Positions 39,046-49,156 of a stretch of DNA of 64,000 bases are shown here, one piece after another. Positions within the stretch are counted from its first letter, which is position 1; each line of letters begins with the position of its first letter. The stretch is from Halocatena marina (GTDB taxonomy: Archaea; Halobacteriota; Halobacteria; Halobacteriales; Haloarculaceae). Made by a program: the position numbers and the translations under genes. Where the stretch lies: positions 3,721,391 to 3,785,390 of the forward strand of contig NZ_JALLPK010000001.1 of NCBI RefSeq assembly GCF_023276375.1, written 5' to 3'. Below the pieces are notes generated by a model. The model was not told where the DNA came from, did not search any database, and worked only from the letters and a program-made list of their open reading frames with translations.

Positions 39046-40473
39046 TCACTGTGTTGCAGGACCATCAGTCGAATCGGCTTGCACACGCTCTCCATCGGCA
39101 GTTTCGGGAAATATCTTTCCTGGGTTGAGCGTGTCACGAGGGTCGAGTGCGCGCTTGATCTGTCGCATTGCCTCGATGCTTGATTCTCCGTGTTCGTGAA
39201 TCATATACTCACGTTTTCCCATTCCGATGCCGTGTTCTCCGGTTGCGGTGCCGCCGAGGTCTATAGCTTTCTTCACGACACGGCGATAGAGCAACTCACC
39301 ACGTTCTCGCATTGTTGGATCATCCGGATCGACCAGCACCGAATAGTGGACGTTACCGTCACCCGCATGCCCGAAACAGGGGACGAGAAGATCGTGTTCC
39401 GCACTGAGTGCTTTCGCATAGCGAATGATCTCTGGATACTTGCTGATTGGAACGGTAATATCCCCTGGATGGAGCGGTCTACGATCAGGGTCGTACACTT
39501 GCACGGCAAAAGCGAGCTCCTTGCGGGCAGTCCAGAGTTCGTCCATCCGACTTTCGTCGCTCGAAATTTCACACTGCTTGGCTTCGTGTGCCTCGAAGAT
39601 CGATCGGCAGGTCTCGATCTCTCGTTCGACTGGATCGTGGAAGGCAACAAAAACCATCGGTGCGTTCGGCAGTCCGGTGTCGAGATACGCGTTGGCCATC
39701 TCGGCACTCTCTCTGTCGATCAGTTCGATGGTAGCAACGTCGATGCCCGACTGAACAGTGTCGAAGACGGCTTCGGTCGCACCAGCAAGCGTCGGGAAGA
39801 TGGCCCGACCGCCGTGGATTCGTTCGGGACGGCCCGCGACTTCGAGTGTCGCGCGCGTGATCACCGCAAGCGTCCCTTCGCTGCCGACGAGGAGATCACA
39901 GAGGTTGTAGCCACTCGATGTCTTGCTCGCAGTACTTCCCGCCGTGATAACCGATCCATCAGCGAGCACAGCCTCCAGTTCGAGCACCCAGTCGCCCACT
40001 TCGCCGTATTTGACGGTCTTCATTCCGCTTGCGTCGTTAGCGATCATGCCACCAATCGTTGAGAGATCGGCGGAGGCGGGCATCGGTGGAAAGAACAAGT
40101 CGTGCGTTTCGAGTGCGCTGTCGATAGCCGACCCCATCACTCCCGGTTCGACGTCGATCTGGAAATCATCGGGACGAACGTCGAGAATCGCGTCCATCCG
40201 AGTCAGGTTCATACTTATTCCTCGGTGAGCGGGCACAGCGTTTCCTTCGAGACTCGTTCCCGCTGCGTAGGGCGTCACGGGAACACCGTGCTCGTTCGCG
40301 CTGGCGAGAACTGCTGACACCTCCACCGTTGATGTTGGCCAGACGACAGCATCGGGCGTCACTGCGAGGTCGAACGCTTCTGCTCCCCAGTCACCCGCAT
40401 GGCTCTCCCTGTCGGAATCACCGTACGATACCTCGACCGAGAGATCGTCGAGGAATGTACAATCGTTGGACAT
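39046..40473 (-). CDS. FAD-binding oxidoreductase (GlcD/D-lactate dehydrogenase family)
   Basis: FAD_binding_4 domain (PYAAGTSLEGNAVP...), a C-terminal FAD-oxidase domain, and GEHGIGMGKREY. The start is uncertain. The track ORF begins at a TTG at 40590; I placed the start at MSNDCTFLDD. Confidence 0.8.
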   Translation of the reverse strand: MSNDCTFLDDLSVEVSYGDSDRESHAGDWGAEAFDLAVTPDAVVWPTSTVEVSAVLASANEHGVPVTPYAAGTSLEGNAVPAHRGISMNLTRMDAILDVRPDDFQIDVEPGVMGSAIDSALETHDLFFPPMPASADLSTIGGMIANDASGMKTVKYGEVGDWVLELEAVLADGSVITAGSTASKTSSGYNLCDLLVGSEGTLAVITRATLEVAGRPERIHGGRAIFPTLAGATEAVFDTVQSGIDVATIELIDRESAEMANAYLDTGLPNAPMVFVAFHDPVEREIETCRSIFEAHEAKQCEISSDESRMDELWTARKELAFAVQVYDPDRRPLHPGDITVPISKYPEIIRYAKALSAEHDLLVPCFGHAGDGNVHYSVLVDPDDPTMRERGELLYRRVVKKAIDLGGTATGEHGIGMGKREYMIHEHGESSIEAMRQIKRALDPRDTLNPGKIFPETADGERVQADSTDGPATQ

Positions 40474-40649
40474 GTTATCTACCCTCACGCCCACGACCAT
40501 ACATGTATCGGGACACCGAATTCGAGCAATCTGGTATGAGGGAGCGGAACGGCAATAGGGAAGCCACTGCAATCGGTCGTTCAATATCAATACTCACGAG
40601 ATGAATACGAATTTATTCTCCGAACTCTGATGATAGAACGTGATCATCG

Positions 40650-41714
40650 GTGAACGGAGAGTATTTTGAGCGCATTGTCGATCCGGATCGACTCGCTGTG
40701 TATCTCGAATCGGAACTCGGAGCTGTAGACGAATACGATGTCGAACATCATCAGGAGGGTCATTCTAACGAGACGCTGTTCGTGACGTGGGGTGAACGTG
40801 AGCTCGTCATCCGCCGACCGCCGCCGGGTGACATCGCCGAAACGGCCCACGACGTGCTCCGAGAATACCGCGTGATTGATGCATTACAGGAGACGAGCGT
40901 CCCTGTTCCGGAGACGGTTCTCGCTTGCGAGAATCACGACGTAATCGGGAGCGACTTCTACGTGATGGAACGAATCAGGGGCGACGTTCTCCGTGCGGGG
41001 GAACCAGAACGATTCCAGCATCCGGATGCTCGCCGATGCATCGGGACAGAGCTGATCGATACGCTTGCGGCCATCCACACTGTCGACGTTGAAGCTGTTG
41101 GTCTCGACGAATTCGGTCATCCGCCCGGATTCACCCACCGACAGGTCAAGCGATGGTCTGAACAGCTGATGTGGGCGTTTGAGGTGACCACCGACGAGCG
41201 TGAGGTGCCCCTGCTCTACGACGTGATGGAATGGCTGCAAGCCAACGTTCCCGAGGATACACCGTCGACGCTCGTCCACGGTGACTACAAGCTTGATAAT
41301 GTAATATACGCACGCGACGAGCCGACGATCGTTGGGGTGTTCGACTGGGAGATGAGCACGCTTGGAGACCCATTTACCGACCTCGGATGGATGCTCTCAT
41401 ACTGGTGGGACGAAGACGACCCTGACCCACCGCAGGCAACTGATACGCTCACAGCTACGTTCATGCAACGCGATGGATACAACACCCGATGTGACTTGAT
41501 CGAACGCTACGAGGCGGCGACCGGGTTTACATTCGAAAACAACCGATTCTACCGCGCGCTCGCTGTGTACAAGCTCGCTGCCCTCGGGGAGATGTTTTTC
41601 CGACGATATCTCGAAGGAAATTCTGACGATCCGATGTATCCGCAGATGCGCGATGGGGTCGGCCAGCTTGCTGCACGGGCACAACGAATCATCGACGGCG
41701 AAGAACCTCTCTGA
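40650..41714 (+). CDS. Phosphotransferase family protein (APH/choline-kinase-like)
   Basis: Brenner motif VHGDYKLDNVIY and a DWE motif in VFDWEMSTLGDP. GTG start at 40650, directly after an in-frame stop. Confidence 0.85.
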   Translation: MNGEYFERIVDPDRLAVYLESELGAVDEYDVEHHQEGHSNETLFVTWGERELVIRRPPPGDIAETAHDVLREYRVIDALQETSVPVPETVLACENHDVIGSDFYVMERIRGDVLRAGEPERFQHPDARRCIGTELIDTLAAIHTVDVEAVGLDEFGHPPGFTHRQVKRWSEQLMWAFEVTTDEREVPLLYDVMEWLQANVPEDTPSTLVHGDYKLDNVIYARDEPTIVGVFDWEMSTLGDPFTDLGWMLSYWWDEDDPDPPQATDTLTATFMQRDGYNTRCDLIERYEAATGFTFENNRFYRALAVYKLAALGEMFFRRYLEGNSDDPMYPQMRDGVGQLAARAQRIIDGEEPL

Positions 41715-41782
41715 CAATGACTATCAAATAATAAATAATAACTATAGTAATATCGAATACAAATTATATTAATGCAAAACAA

Positions 41783-41823
41783 GGGATAGGAGTGATCTAC
41801 GGTCCTATCCCCTTACTATAAAA
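41783..41823 (+). promoter_or_regulatory. Perfect 9-bp stem hairpin (GGGATAGGA-N10-TCCTATCCC) followed by a TATA-like box (CTATAAAA) about 25-30 nt upstream of the rhomboid gene ATG
   Basis: Both are seen directly in the sequence. The arrangement fits a terminator for the upstream phosphotransferase gene followed by an archaeal TATA for a leaderless downstream transcript. Confidence 0.4.
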
Positions 41824-41846
41824 CCCATCAGGGCTACTACAGTAGT

Positions 41847-43529
41847 ATGCAGCCGTTGTTCAGGCTTGCGATTTCGATATTTCCTTCGTGGCTCCCGGTT
41901 TATGATCTCCTTCTCGTCGGTGCTATCGTTCTCTCATTCGGTATTGCCAGATGGTTCGGTGGCTTCGATCCCGTTCGGGTCGCACGAACGCGCTTTCGCT
42001 GGGGGATTCCGTGGGGGACACTCTCTATTAGTGGTTTCGTGCTTTTCGTGTATCTCTTCGTTCAGAATGGGATTACCTACCCTAATGCGCCAACCGTGAT
42101 TCCGTTTCGAGCGTGGTCGTATTTCTCCCCAACAGGGATTGTGATGTCACCGTTCACGCACGCGAATCGTGGACATGTCACCGGTAACATCGTTGGAACG
42201 CTCACCGTTGGCGTGCTGGCGGAGTATCTGTGGTCTCACTATCCTGAAAAGCGAACATCGAATGCATCCACGTCGTTAAAACGTGGATTCGTGCCGACAC
42301 TGGCTCATCCGTCCGTGCGAATACTTGCGTTCGTCGTCGGATCTCTCGTTGTTGGTCTCTTGTCTGGCGTGTTTTCGCTCGGGCCGACGATCGGATTCTC
42401 GGGTGTGGTCTTTGCGTACGCTGGTTTCACACTGATGCGATATCCGCTCGGAACAGTGCTCGTACTGCTTTCCGGCCGCGTTCTCTCGCTCGTCTATCAA
42501 TCGATCAAAAATCCAACGGTCACACAAGCCGGACAGCCACAGTTCGTCACGCCGTGGTGGGCAGGTATCTCGCTCCAAGGCCACGCATTGGGACTGTTCA
42601 TCGGTGCGCTGTGTGGGATCTATCTCGTTCGTCGTCGATCGGTCCGTCCGAATGGACTCCGTCTCTGGTCGGGCGTTCTCATCTTTGCCGTATTCGAGGG
42701 GATGTGGGCGATGTACATCCCGCTGGGTGGATCTCAATTCAAGCTGTTTCGAGCCATCGGAGCGGCAGCAGTCTTCTTACTCGCAGCGTTGCTCACGATT
42801 GCGGTCCAAAGCTCGAATCAGCCGTTGTTCGGTCGCTCTAGAATCCAGTACAAGGACGCTGCACTGAGTCTCGTGGCCGTCTTGCTCGTCGTCATCGCTG
42901 CGGTGGCTGTTCCGTACAATCTATTTACTGTTTCCGATCGATCATCGGGGATCACTGATCAAAACAGCATTCAGGTTCGGGGCTACACCATCGCGTACGC
43001 CGAAGGGATTCCTAATCAGTACATCTCGGACGTCGAATTCAATGCATTAGGTGAGACGACGAATGTAAAGGCAAGTGGCGTCATCGTCGTCAACGATCAA
43101 CAGGAAATCTGGTGGCAGGAGATCTCGAAAGATCGACTCGGATTTGATCATAGGGTCGCTGTGCGTGTCGGCGGCATTGGGTGGCGCGAGACCGTTCTCG
43201 CCAGTCGAACGACGTGGAAGGTCGTCGGGAACCACTCGGTGTACACCGTCCAGTTAGAACACGACGACGAACGAACCCACGTATTCACCTCACAACCCGC
43301 ACGCGCCGAACCGACCATCGCGGGCCGGAACGTCACATTCGTCCCCGGCGAAACGTTCTCGTTTCGCGTCACACGCAACGGAACCGTGCTTGGTCAAGCA
43401 GACATCCCCGAACGCGACGAAGCGGTCTCTGCTGGCGGACTCACGCTCGTCCGAATGAAAAACCGTTTGTACGCAATGAACAACCAAACCCGAGTCCGAA
43501 TAGCGAAATACGTCCCACCGAAAAAATAA
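41847..43529 (+). CDS. Rhomboid family intramembrane serine protease with a large C-terminal extracytoplasmic domain
   Basis: Catalytic GxSG in TIGFSGVVFAYAGF and catalytic His in ISLQGHALGLFIGALCG. There are six or more TM helices, then a roughly 250 aa soluble domain. Confidence 0.8.
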   Translation: MQPLFRLAISIFPSWLPVYDLLLVGAIVLSFGIARWFGGFDPVRVARTRFRWGIPWGTLSISGFVLFVYLFVQNGITYPNAPTVIPFRAWSYFSPTGIVMSPFTHANRGHVTGNIVGTLTVGVLAEYLWSHYPEKRTSNASTSLKRGFVPTLAHPSVRILAFVVGSLVVGLLSGVFSLGPTIGFSGVVFAYAGFTLMRYPLGTVLVLLSGRVLSLVYQSIKNPTVTQAGQPQFVTPWWAGISLQGHALGLFIGALCGIYLVRRRSVRPNGLRLWSGVLIFAVFEGMWAMYIPLGGSQFKLFRAIGAAAVFLLAALLTIAVQSSNQPLFGRSRIQYKDAALSLVAVLLVVIAAVAVPYNLFTVSDRSSGITDQNSIQVRGYTIAYAEGIPNQYISDVEFNALGETTNVKASGVIVVNDQQEIWWQEISKDRLGFDHRVAVRVGGIGWRETVLASRTTWKVVGNHSVYTVQLEHDDERTHVFTSQPARAEPTIAGRNVTFVPGETFSFRVTRNGTVLGQADIPERDEAVSAGGLTLVRMKNRLYAMNNQTRVRIAKYVPPKK

Positions 43530-43591
43530 CACTGACTTCGATGTCATTCCTCGGTGAGATTGGTCGAGTATCCCCCTGATGCGGTACTGGA

Positions 43592-43642
43592 TTTAGGCAT
43601 GCCTAAAAATCAATACTTTTATGTTGTTTAGGCGAACCTAAA
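43592..43642. promoter_or_regulatory. Two copies of the inverted repeat TTTAGG-N4-CCTAAA (TTTAGGCATGCCTAAA and TTTAGGCGAACCTAAA), spaced about 35 bp apart upstream of the siderophore operon
   Basis: The palindromes are seen directly. The half-site TTAGG/CCTAA matches the DtxR/IdeR iron-box core (TTAGGTTAGGCTAACCTAA). Haloarchaea use DtxR-family Idr regulators for iron uptake genes. Confidence 0.55.
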
Positions 43643-43717
43643 ATATTGTATGCAGAGATTGATGTCCCGGACGTGGCGCGTCGTCAACGATCGTGACGAA
43701 CAGAGACACAACGGGGT

Positions 43718-45082
43718 ATGAGACAGATGGTTACAAACGAGGATTTCTTGACACAGCAGTCTCGACGCGAATCGAACGCACGAACGTATCCTCGTGGGAT
43801 ACCGATCGCGATTCAGTCGGCTCGTGGAATCGAGATCAAAGACGTCGAGGGGAACACGTACATCGATTGTCTCGCGGGTGCCGGTACCCTCGCTCTTGGT
43901 CACAATCATCCGGTCGTCGTCGATGCAATGCAGAGCGCGCTTGAAGACGACCGCGCGCTTCACACGCTCGACCTCACGACACCGATCAAAGAACAGTTCG
44001 TAGATACGCTGTTCGATAGCCTCCCAGATGAGTTCACAGACTCTGCGAAGATTCAGTTCTGTAGTCCAGCTGGAACGGATGCGGTTGAGGCGGCGCTGAA
44101 ATTAGTGAAGCACGCGACTGGAAATCGGGATGTGCTGGCGTTTCAGGGCGGCTATCACGGGATGACGAACGGTGCACTGAGTTTAATGGGTGACGTGGAG
44201 GCCAAAGAGGGCGTTTCGGGTTTGATGTCTGGTGTTCATCACCTACCGTACCCCTACGAGTACCGGTGTCCGTTCGGGGGTGAAGGCAGCACTCACGAAA
44301 CCGCCAGTCGATACGTCGAGCGTCTGCTCGATAATCCGACCAGCGGTATCGCTGAACCGGCCGGGATGATCGTCGAACTCGTTCAGGGAGAGGGTGGTAT
44401 GATTCCCGCACCAGATGCGTGGACGAAGGAGATTCGACGGATCACACGAGAGCGTGACATCCCGCTCATCGTCGATGAGATTCAGACCGGACTTGGGCGG
44501 ACAGGCGAGCAGTACGCGTTCGAACACGCCGACATCACACCTGATGTCATCACGCTCTCGAAGGCGATCGGTGGCAGCCTTCCGCTGGCGGTCGTGTTGT
44601 ACCACGAGCGATACGATGTCTGGGAGCCGGGAGCACACGCGGGAACGTTCCGTGGGAATCAGCTGGCGATGGCGGCGGGCCAAGCGACGATCGAATACGT
44701 TCTCGAACACGATCTCGCCTCGCACGCAGCGGAGATGGGTGCGCGACTCCAAGAGAAACTATCCCAGACAGCGCAACTCGACGTTGTCGGTGACGTTCGC
44801 GGGCGCGGGCTCATGATCGGCGTCGAAATTGTCGATCCGACCGGCGAACAAGAGCCAGACGGAAGCTATCCAGAGAACCCCGATCTCGCAAAGCAAATTC
44901 AGTCTGGCTGTGTCGATCGCGGACTCATCATCGAACGTGGTGGTCGGCGAGGGAGCACAGCACGATTCCTCCCGCCGTTGATCGTCTCGAAAGGCCAGAT
45001 CGACACGATCGTAGAGATTTTCCACGAAGCCGTTGTTGGGGCTCGATCGGATCCATCATCTGATGAGCAGACCAATCGATGA
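43718..45082 (+). CDS. dat: Diaminobutyrate--2-oxoglutarate aminotransferase (class III PLP aminotransferase; RhbA/EctB-like)
   Basis: ESNARTYPRGIPIAIQSARGIEIKDVEGNTYIDCLAGAGTLALGHNHP..., PLP-Lys region DEIQTGLGRTG...TLSKAIGG. 4-nt overlap with the next gene. Confidence 0.9.
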   Translation: MRQMVTNEDFLTQQSRRESNARTYPRGIPIAIQSARGIEIKDVEGNTYIDCLAGAGTLALGHNHPVVVDAMQSALEDDRALHTLDLTTPIKEQFVDTLFDSLPDEFTDSAKIQFCSPAGTDAVEAALKLVKHATGNRDVLAFQGGYHGMTNGALSLMGDVEAKEGVSGLMSGVHHLPYPYEYRCPFGGEGSTHETASRYVERLLDNPTSGIAEPAGMIVELVQGEGGMIPAPDAWTKEIRRITRERDIPLIVDEIQTGLGRTGEQYAFEHADITPDVITLSKAIGGSLPLAVVLYHERYDVWEPGAHAGTFRGNQLAMAAGQATIEYVLEHDLASHAAEMGARLQEKLSQTAQLDVVGDVRGRGLMIGVEIVDPTGEQEPDGSYPENPDLAKQIQSGCVDRGLIIERGGRRGSTARFLPPLIVSKGQIDTIVEIFHEAVVGARSDPSSDEQTNR

Positions 45083-46638
45083 GCGGGACGAAAACGTTTC
45101 GTGAGAGTCCAGAAGATCTCACAGAAGGGCTCTTCTTGGGAACTGATGCCGGGACCATCGCCTACCGGACAGCGATGGGGCAGGCCCAGCAGGCCGTTCT
45201 CGACGCGTACTTACGGCGCGCAACGCCCTATTCGGGCGCGTCACACGAACAACAGGCAGCACAGCTTGCATCGATCGAGTGTCTCCCAGAGGACGGACGA
45301 GGATTGCCCGCGACGATCGAACTGGTCGCCGAGACGGTGCTCCAACATTCGGTCGGCGTCTCCGATCCCGCCTGCGTCGCACACTTACAGTGCCCACCGA
45401 TGATCCCGGCACTCGCCGCTGAGGCGATGATTACCGCGACGAACCAGTCGTTGGACTCGTGGGATCAGAGTCCGTCTGCAACCGAACTTGAAACGCGCCT
45501 CGTCGACGCGTTGGCTGAGGTGTTCGGATACGAGGAGCACTCAGATGGCGTGTTCACGAGCGGGGGAACACAGTCGAATTTCATGGCACTCCTCCTCGCT
45601 CGGAACTGGTATCTCGATGATCGATTCGATCACAATGCACGAATTGACGGACTTCCACCTGAGATTGATTCACTCCGTATTCTCTGCTCAGAGGACGCCC
45701 ATTTCACCACGCGCCAAAGTGCAGCGCAGCTCGGTCTCGGTGAAAATGCCGTTGTCACAGTTCCCACAGACGACGAGCATCGTCTCTCGGTCGATGCGCT
45801 CGATTCGACGGTTCAGACCCTGTGCGAACGGGATCTACAGCCATTCGCACTCGTTGGAACCGCTGGAACCACCGATTTCGGGAGCATCGATCCGCTTACA
45901 CCCCTTGCCCAACGCGCGCACGAACACAACATGTGGTTTCACGTCGATGCGGCCTACGGCGGCGCACTCGCGTTCAGCGAGCGACACAACGAGAAATTGA
46001 GCGGAATCGCTCTCTCCGATTCAATCAGTATCGACTTCCACAAGCTGTTCTATCAACCGCTCAGCTGTGGCGCATTCCTCCTCCGAGAGGGTGATCGATA
46101 CCGATACATCGATCGCAACGCCGCGTATCTCAATCCCGAATCCGACGATACTGATGGCGTCGTGAACCTCGTCTCGAAATCCGTCCAGACATCCCGGCGA
46201 TTCGACGCTCTGAAACCGTTTATCGCGTTCCAGACGCTCGGTCGAGCGGGAATCGCGGAGCTGATCGATTACACTCTCGAACTCGCCACGGCCGTCGCCG
46301 ACACGATCGCTGCCGATCCTGCCTTCGAGCTGAAACACGAACCAACGCTGAATGCTGTCGTGTTCCGCTATCTGCCAACAACAGACGCGAACGGATCGGC
46401 CACGAGCGAAACGAGCGAGGTAAACGAGCGGATTCGTGATCGATTGCGCGCGGAGGGTGACGCTATCATCGCGCGGACAACGGTCGATGCGGAGACCTAT
46501 CTCAAGTTCACGCTGTTGAACCCGCAGACAACGATCAGTGATGTCGAACGAATCCTCGAAGCGATCAAACAGTACGGGACAGAGATCACACCGCTTTATG
46601 AACAGAAAACAAACTACGATGCCTCAGCTGAAGAATAA
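45079..46638 (+). CDS. ddc: L-2,4-diaminobutyrate decarboxylase (group II PLP-dependent decarboxylase; RhbB-like)
   Basis: Pyridoxal-dependent decarboxylase conserved domain: TSGGTQSNFMALLLAR...SIDFHKLFYQPLSCGAFL, with the Lys in DFHK. Confidence 0.9.
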   Translation: MSGTKTFRESPEDLTEGLFLGTDAGTIAYRTAMGQAQQAVLDAYLRRATPYSGASHEQQAAQLASIECLPEDGRGLPATIELVAETVLQHSVGVSDPACVAHLQCPPMIPALAAEAMITATNQSLDSWDQSPSATELETRLVDALAEVFGYEEHSDGVFTSGGTQSNFMALLLARNWYLDDRFDHNARIDGLPPEIDSLRILCSEDAHFTTRQSAAQLGLGENAVVTVPTDDEHRLSVDALDSTVQTLCERDLQPFALVGTAGTTDFGSIDPLTPLAQRAHEHNMWFHVDAAYGGALAFSERHNEKLSGIALSDSISIDFHKLFYQPLSCGAFLLREGDRYRYIDRNAAYLNPESDDTDGVVNLVSKSVQTSRRFDALKPFIAFQTLGRAGIAELIDYTLELATAVADTIAADPAFELKHEPTLNAVVFRYLPTTDANGSATSETSEVNERIRDRLRAEGDAIIARTTVDAETYLKFTLLNPQTTISDVERILEAIKQYGTEITPLYEQKTNYDASAEE

Positions 46639-46640
46639 AA

Positions 46641-48527
46641 ATGACTGATAAATCGATATCCTCCGAGAAAATTGCTGAATCGGCAACGATCCACAGTTTC
46701 GTGAACTGCTATCTGCGCGAGACAGGAAACTACGACCGTCTGAAACCGGACGAGATCTCGATCACAGCACGGGACGGTAGAAACGATGGTGGAGATGACA
46801 ACAACGATAATGGAGAGAGCGATGGAAATGGGGGACGGCTGTCGTGTGATACCGTCTTCTGGAGTGAACTGTCTACTCTGAATCTCGATTTACTATTTCC
46901 CGTCCGATACGAATCGCCAACTGGGCGCCACCTGTTTGACCTTCCGGTGTACGTTCGCTCAGCCGGGGATTGGATCGAGCTGGACTACACCACGCTCGCA
47001 AGTCTGATCGTTCGTGAGCTCGCGCTTTCACGCTCGGACTCAGACGACAGTGCTGATGAGCTACTGTTGCGAGTCATTCGGAGTGCTCGTAACATCGAAC
47101 GTTACGTTGCAGCCCGAGACGATTTCGAGCAGCTCTACGGGTTCGAGACGACCTTTCGGGACGCCGAGCAGTCACTCGTGTTCGGTCATCTCCTTCATCC
47201 GACGCCAAAAAGTAGACAAGGGATCGCTCGCCGTGATGCGCCGACGTACGCGCCCGAGCTACACGGGGCGTTTCAGCTGCACTACTTCCGCGCTGATCCC
47301 GAAATTGTGACACAGGGGTCGGCGCGCGAGGAGAGCGCCACAGAATGGGTAAAATCGGAGCTACGCGACGATCCAAACGTTTCGAATGCGTTCATCTCCT
47401 CACACGTCGACAGCGAGGACGCGTTACTCCCAATCCACCCGTGGCAAGCCGAGTATCTCCTCGATCAACCCCACGTCCAACAGGCGATCGAGGACGGGTG
47501 CCTCGAACATCTTGGCGCACACGGACGGACGTTCTATCCCACATCATCCGTTCGTACTTTGTACAACCCGACTGCCGCATTCATGGTGAAAGGGTCACTC
47601 GATGTGAAGATCACCAACTCCGTTCGAACGAACAAACGACCGGAGCTAGAGCGAGGCGTCGCTGTGAGCGAACTTCTCGAAACAGAGTTGGGAGCGCAAC
47701 TCCGAGAGCGGTTTCCAGACTTTCAGGTCGTTCGTGACCCCGCCTCTCTCACGCTCGATATCGGGACCGAGCGGGAGTCAGGGTTCGAAGTTGTCCTCCG
47801 TGACAATCCGTTCCGTGGTGATGCAGCGACGAATGCGACGCCGGTCGTTGCTCTATGCCAGGATCACCTCTATCGTACAACCGACCGAACCGACCACAAT
47901 GCCTCGCGGCTCGATCACATCATTCGGACGCTCGCAGACCGCGAAGGTCGCACGACAGCGACGGTTAGTGAGGACTGGTTCCGTCAGTATCTCGCAATTT
48001 CTGTGCGCCCGGTGCTCTGGTTGTACCTCACCCACGGCGTCGGCGTCGAGGCACATCAGCAAAACAGCGTGCTGGCCTTGGATGACGGCTATCCTGACCA
48101 GTTCTACTACCGCGACAATCAGGGCTATTACTTCTGTGAATCGACCTACGAGGCCGTCGATGCACTTCTTCCTGGCGTCGGTGAACGAGCAGACACGATC
48201 TGTCCGGACGCGATTGCAGACGAGCGCATCCGATACTACGTCATTTTGAACAACACGTTCGGTCTCATCAACGCCTTCGGATGCGCCGATCTCGTCGACG
48301 AGCGGCGATTGTTAGAGCTTCTTCGCGAGGAACTGAACCGGTTGCAAGCGTTCGACCGCGAGACGTCGAACTTGTTGGAGCCGCTTCTCACGTCACCGAC
48401 GATTCCCTGCAAGGCGAACTTGCTCACTCGATTTCACGGGATGGACGAGCTCGAAGCCTCGATCGAGAACCAGTCGGTGTATACGGAGATCGACAACCCG
48501 CTCGTTACTGAACGGGAGGCCCAGTGA
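46641..48527 (+). CDS. iucA: IucA/IucC family NRPS-independent siderophore synthetase (RhbC-like)
   Basis: 628 aa, with the IucA/IucC N-terminal domain and a FhuF-like C-terminal domain. Motifs include HPWQAEYLL and AAFMVKGSLDVKITNSVRT. Placing it as the iucA/rhbC paralog rather than iucC is a guess. Confidence 0.9.
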   Translation: MTDKSISSEKIAESATIHSFVNCYLRETGNYDRLKPDEISITARDGRNDGGDDNNDNGESDGNGGRLSCDTVFWSELSTLNLDLLFPVRYESPTGRHLFDLPVYVRSAGDWIELDYTTLASLIVRELALSRSDSDDSADELLLRVIRSARNIERYVAARDDFEQLYGFETTFRDAEQSLVFGHLLHPTPKSRQGIARRDAPTYAPELHGAFQLHYFRADPEIVTQGSAREESATEWVKSELRDDPNVSNAFISSHVDSEDALLPIHPWQAEYLLDQPHVQQAIEDGCLEHLGAHGRTFYPTSSVRTLYNPTAAFMVKGSLDVKITNSVRTNKRPELERGVAVSELLETELGAQLRERFPDFQVVRDPASLTLDIGTERESGFEVVLRDNPFRGDAATNATPVVALCQDHLYRTTDRTDHNASRLDHIIRTLADREGRTTATVSEDWFRQYLAISVRPVLWLYLTHGVGVEAHQQNSVLALDDGYPDQFYYRDNQGYYFCESTYEAVDALLPGVGERADTICPDAIADERIRYYVILNNTFGLINAFGCADLVDERRLLELLREELNRLQAFDRETSNLLEPLLTSPTIPCKANLLTRFHGMDELEASIENQSVYTEIDNPLVTEREAQ

Positions 48528-49156
48528 TGACCGGTCCAACGTTCCCGTCGGACTACGACTACAGAACCTACAACGAGAGGCTCGAAAAGCTGATTGCATT
48601 CAGACAGGTCTCGTTGGAGCGCGATCTTGAGCGATTGCACGCGTGGCTCAACGCAGAACACGTCCTTCCATACTGGCAGCTCAACGACCCGCTTCCGACG
48701 TTTCGGGCCGAACTCGTCGAGAAAATCGAGGACGAGCATTTGGCACCGTACATCGGCTACCTCGATCACGTCCCGATGAGCTACTGGGAGTGTTACTGGG
48801 CGGCAGACGACGTGATAGCGGACTACTGTGAGACGAACGCGGCCGATCAAGGGATTCACCTGCTCATTGGTCCAGCGGAGTATCTCGGCCGTGGATACGC
48901 CGAACCGCTGGTGCGAGCCGTCACGGAGATGCAGTTTTGCCATCCAGAGACCGACCGCATCCTCACCGAACCCGATGTCAGAAACGAGACTGTGATTCAC
49001 GTCTTCGAAAAGTGTGGCTTCGAACCGCTCCGAGAGATCGAACTCCCGGAGAAAGACGCTCTGTTGATGGCCTGTGAACGAGCGCAGTTCCAACAGCACG
49101 GTTCGAGTGGAAACGAAACCCGAGTGAGTGCCGACACAGGTGAGGATGGCCAATGA
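48524..49156 (+). CDS. iucB: Siderophore-biosynthesis GNAT N-acetyltransferase (IucB/RhbD-like)
   Basis: 210 aa. The Acetyltransf_8-like core (YIGYLDHVPMSYWECYWAADD...LLIGPAEYLGRGYAEPLVRAVTEMQF) is present. It overlaps its neighbours by 4 nt on each side. Confidence 0.8.
   Translation: MMTGPTFPSDYDYRTYNERLEKLIAFRQVSLERDLERLHAWLNAEHVLPYWQLNDPLPTFRAELVEKIEDEHLAPYIGYLDHVPMSYWECYWAADDVIADYCETNAADQGIHLLIGPAEYLGRGYAEPLVRAVTEMQFCHPETDRILTEPDVRNETVIHVFEKCGFEPLREIELPEKDALLMACERAQFQQHGSSGNETRVSADTGEDGQ

Noticed and set aside
39190-40062. 290 aa + strand ORF inside the FAD oxidase gene
   Set aside because: Antisense shadow. The real gene has FAD_binding_4 motifs on the - strand.
40472-40500. Apparent 1-nt frame inconsistency between my manual reading and the supplied ORF track (also near 58997-59000)
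   Set aside because: The ORF track is internally consistent, with verified start/stop codons at both ends. This is most likely a transcription slip on my part rather than a frameshift or pseudogene, so no pseudogene call is made.
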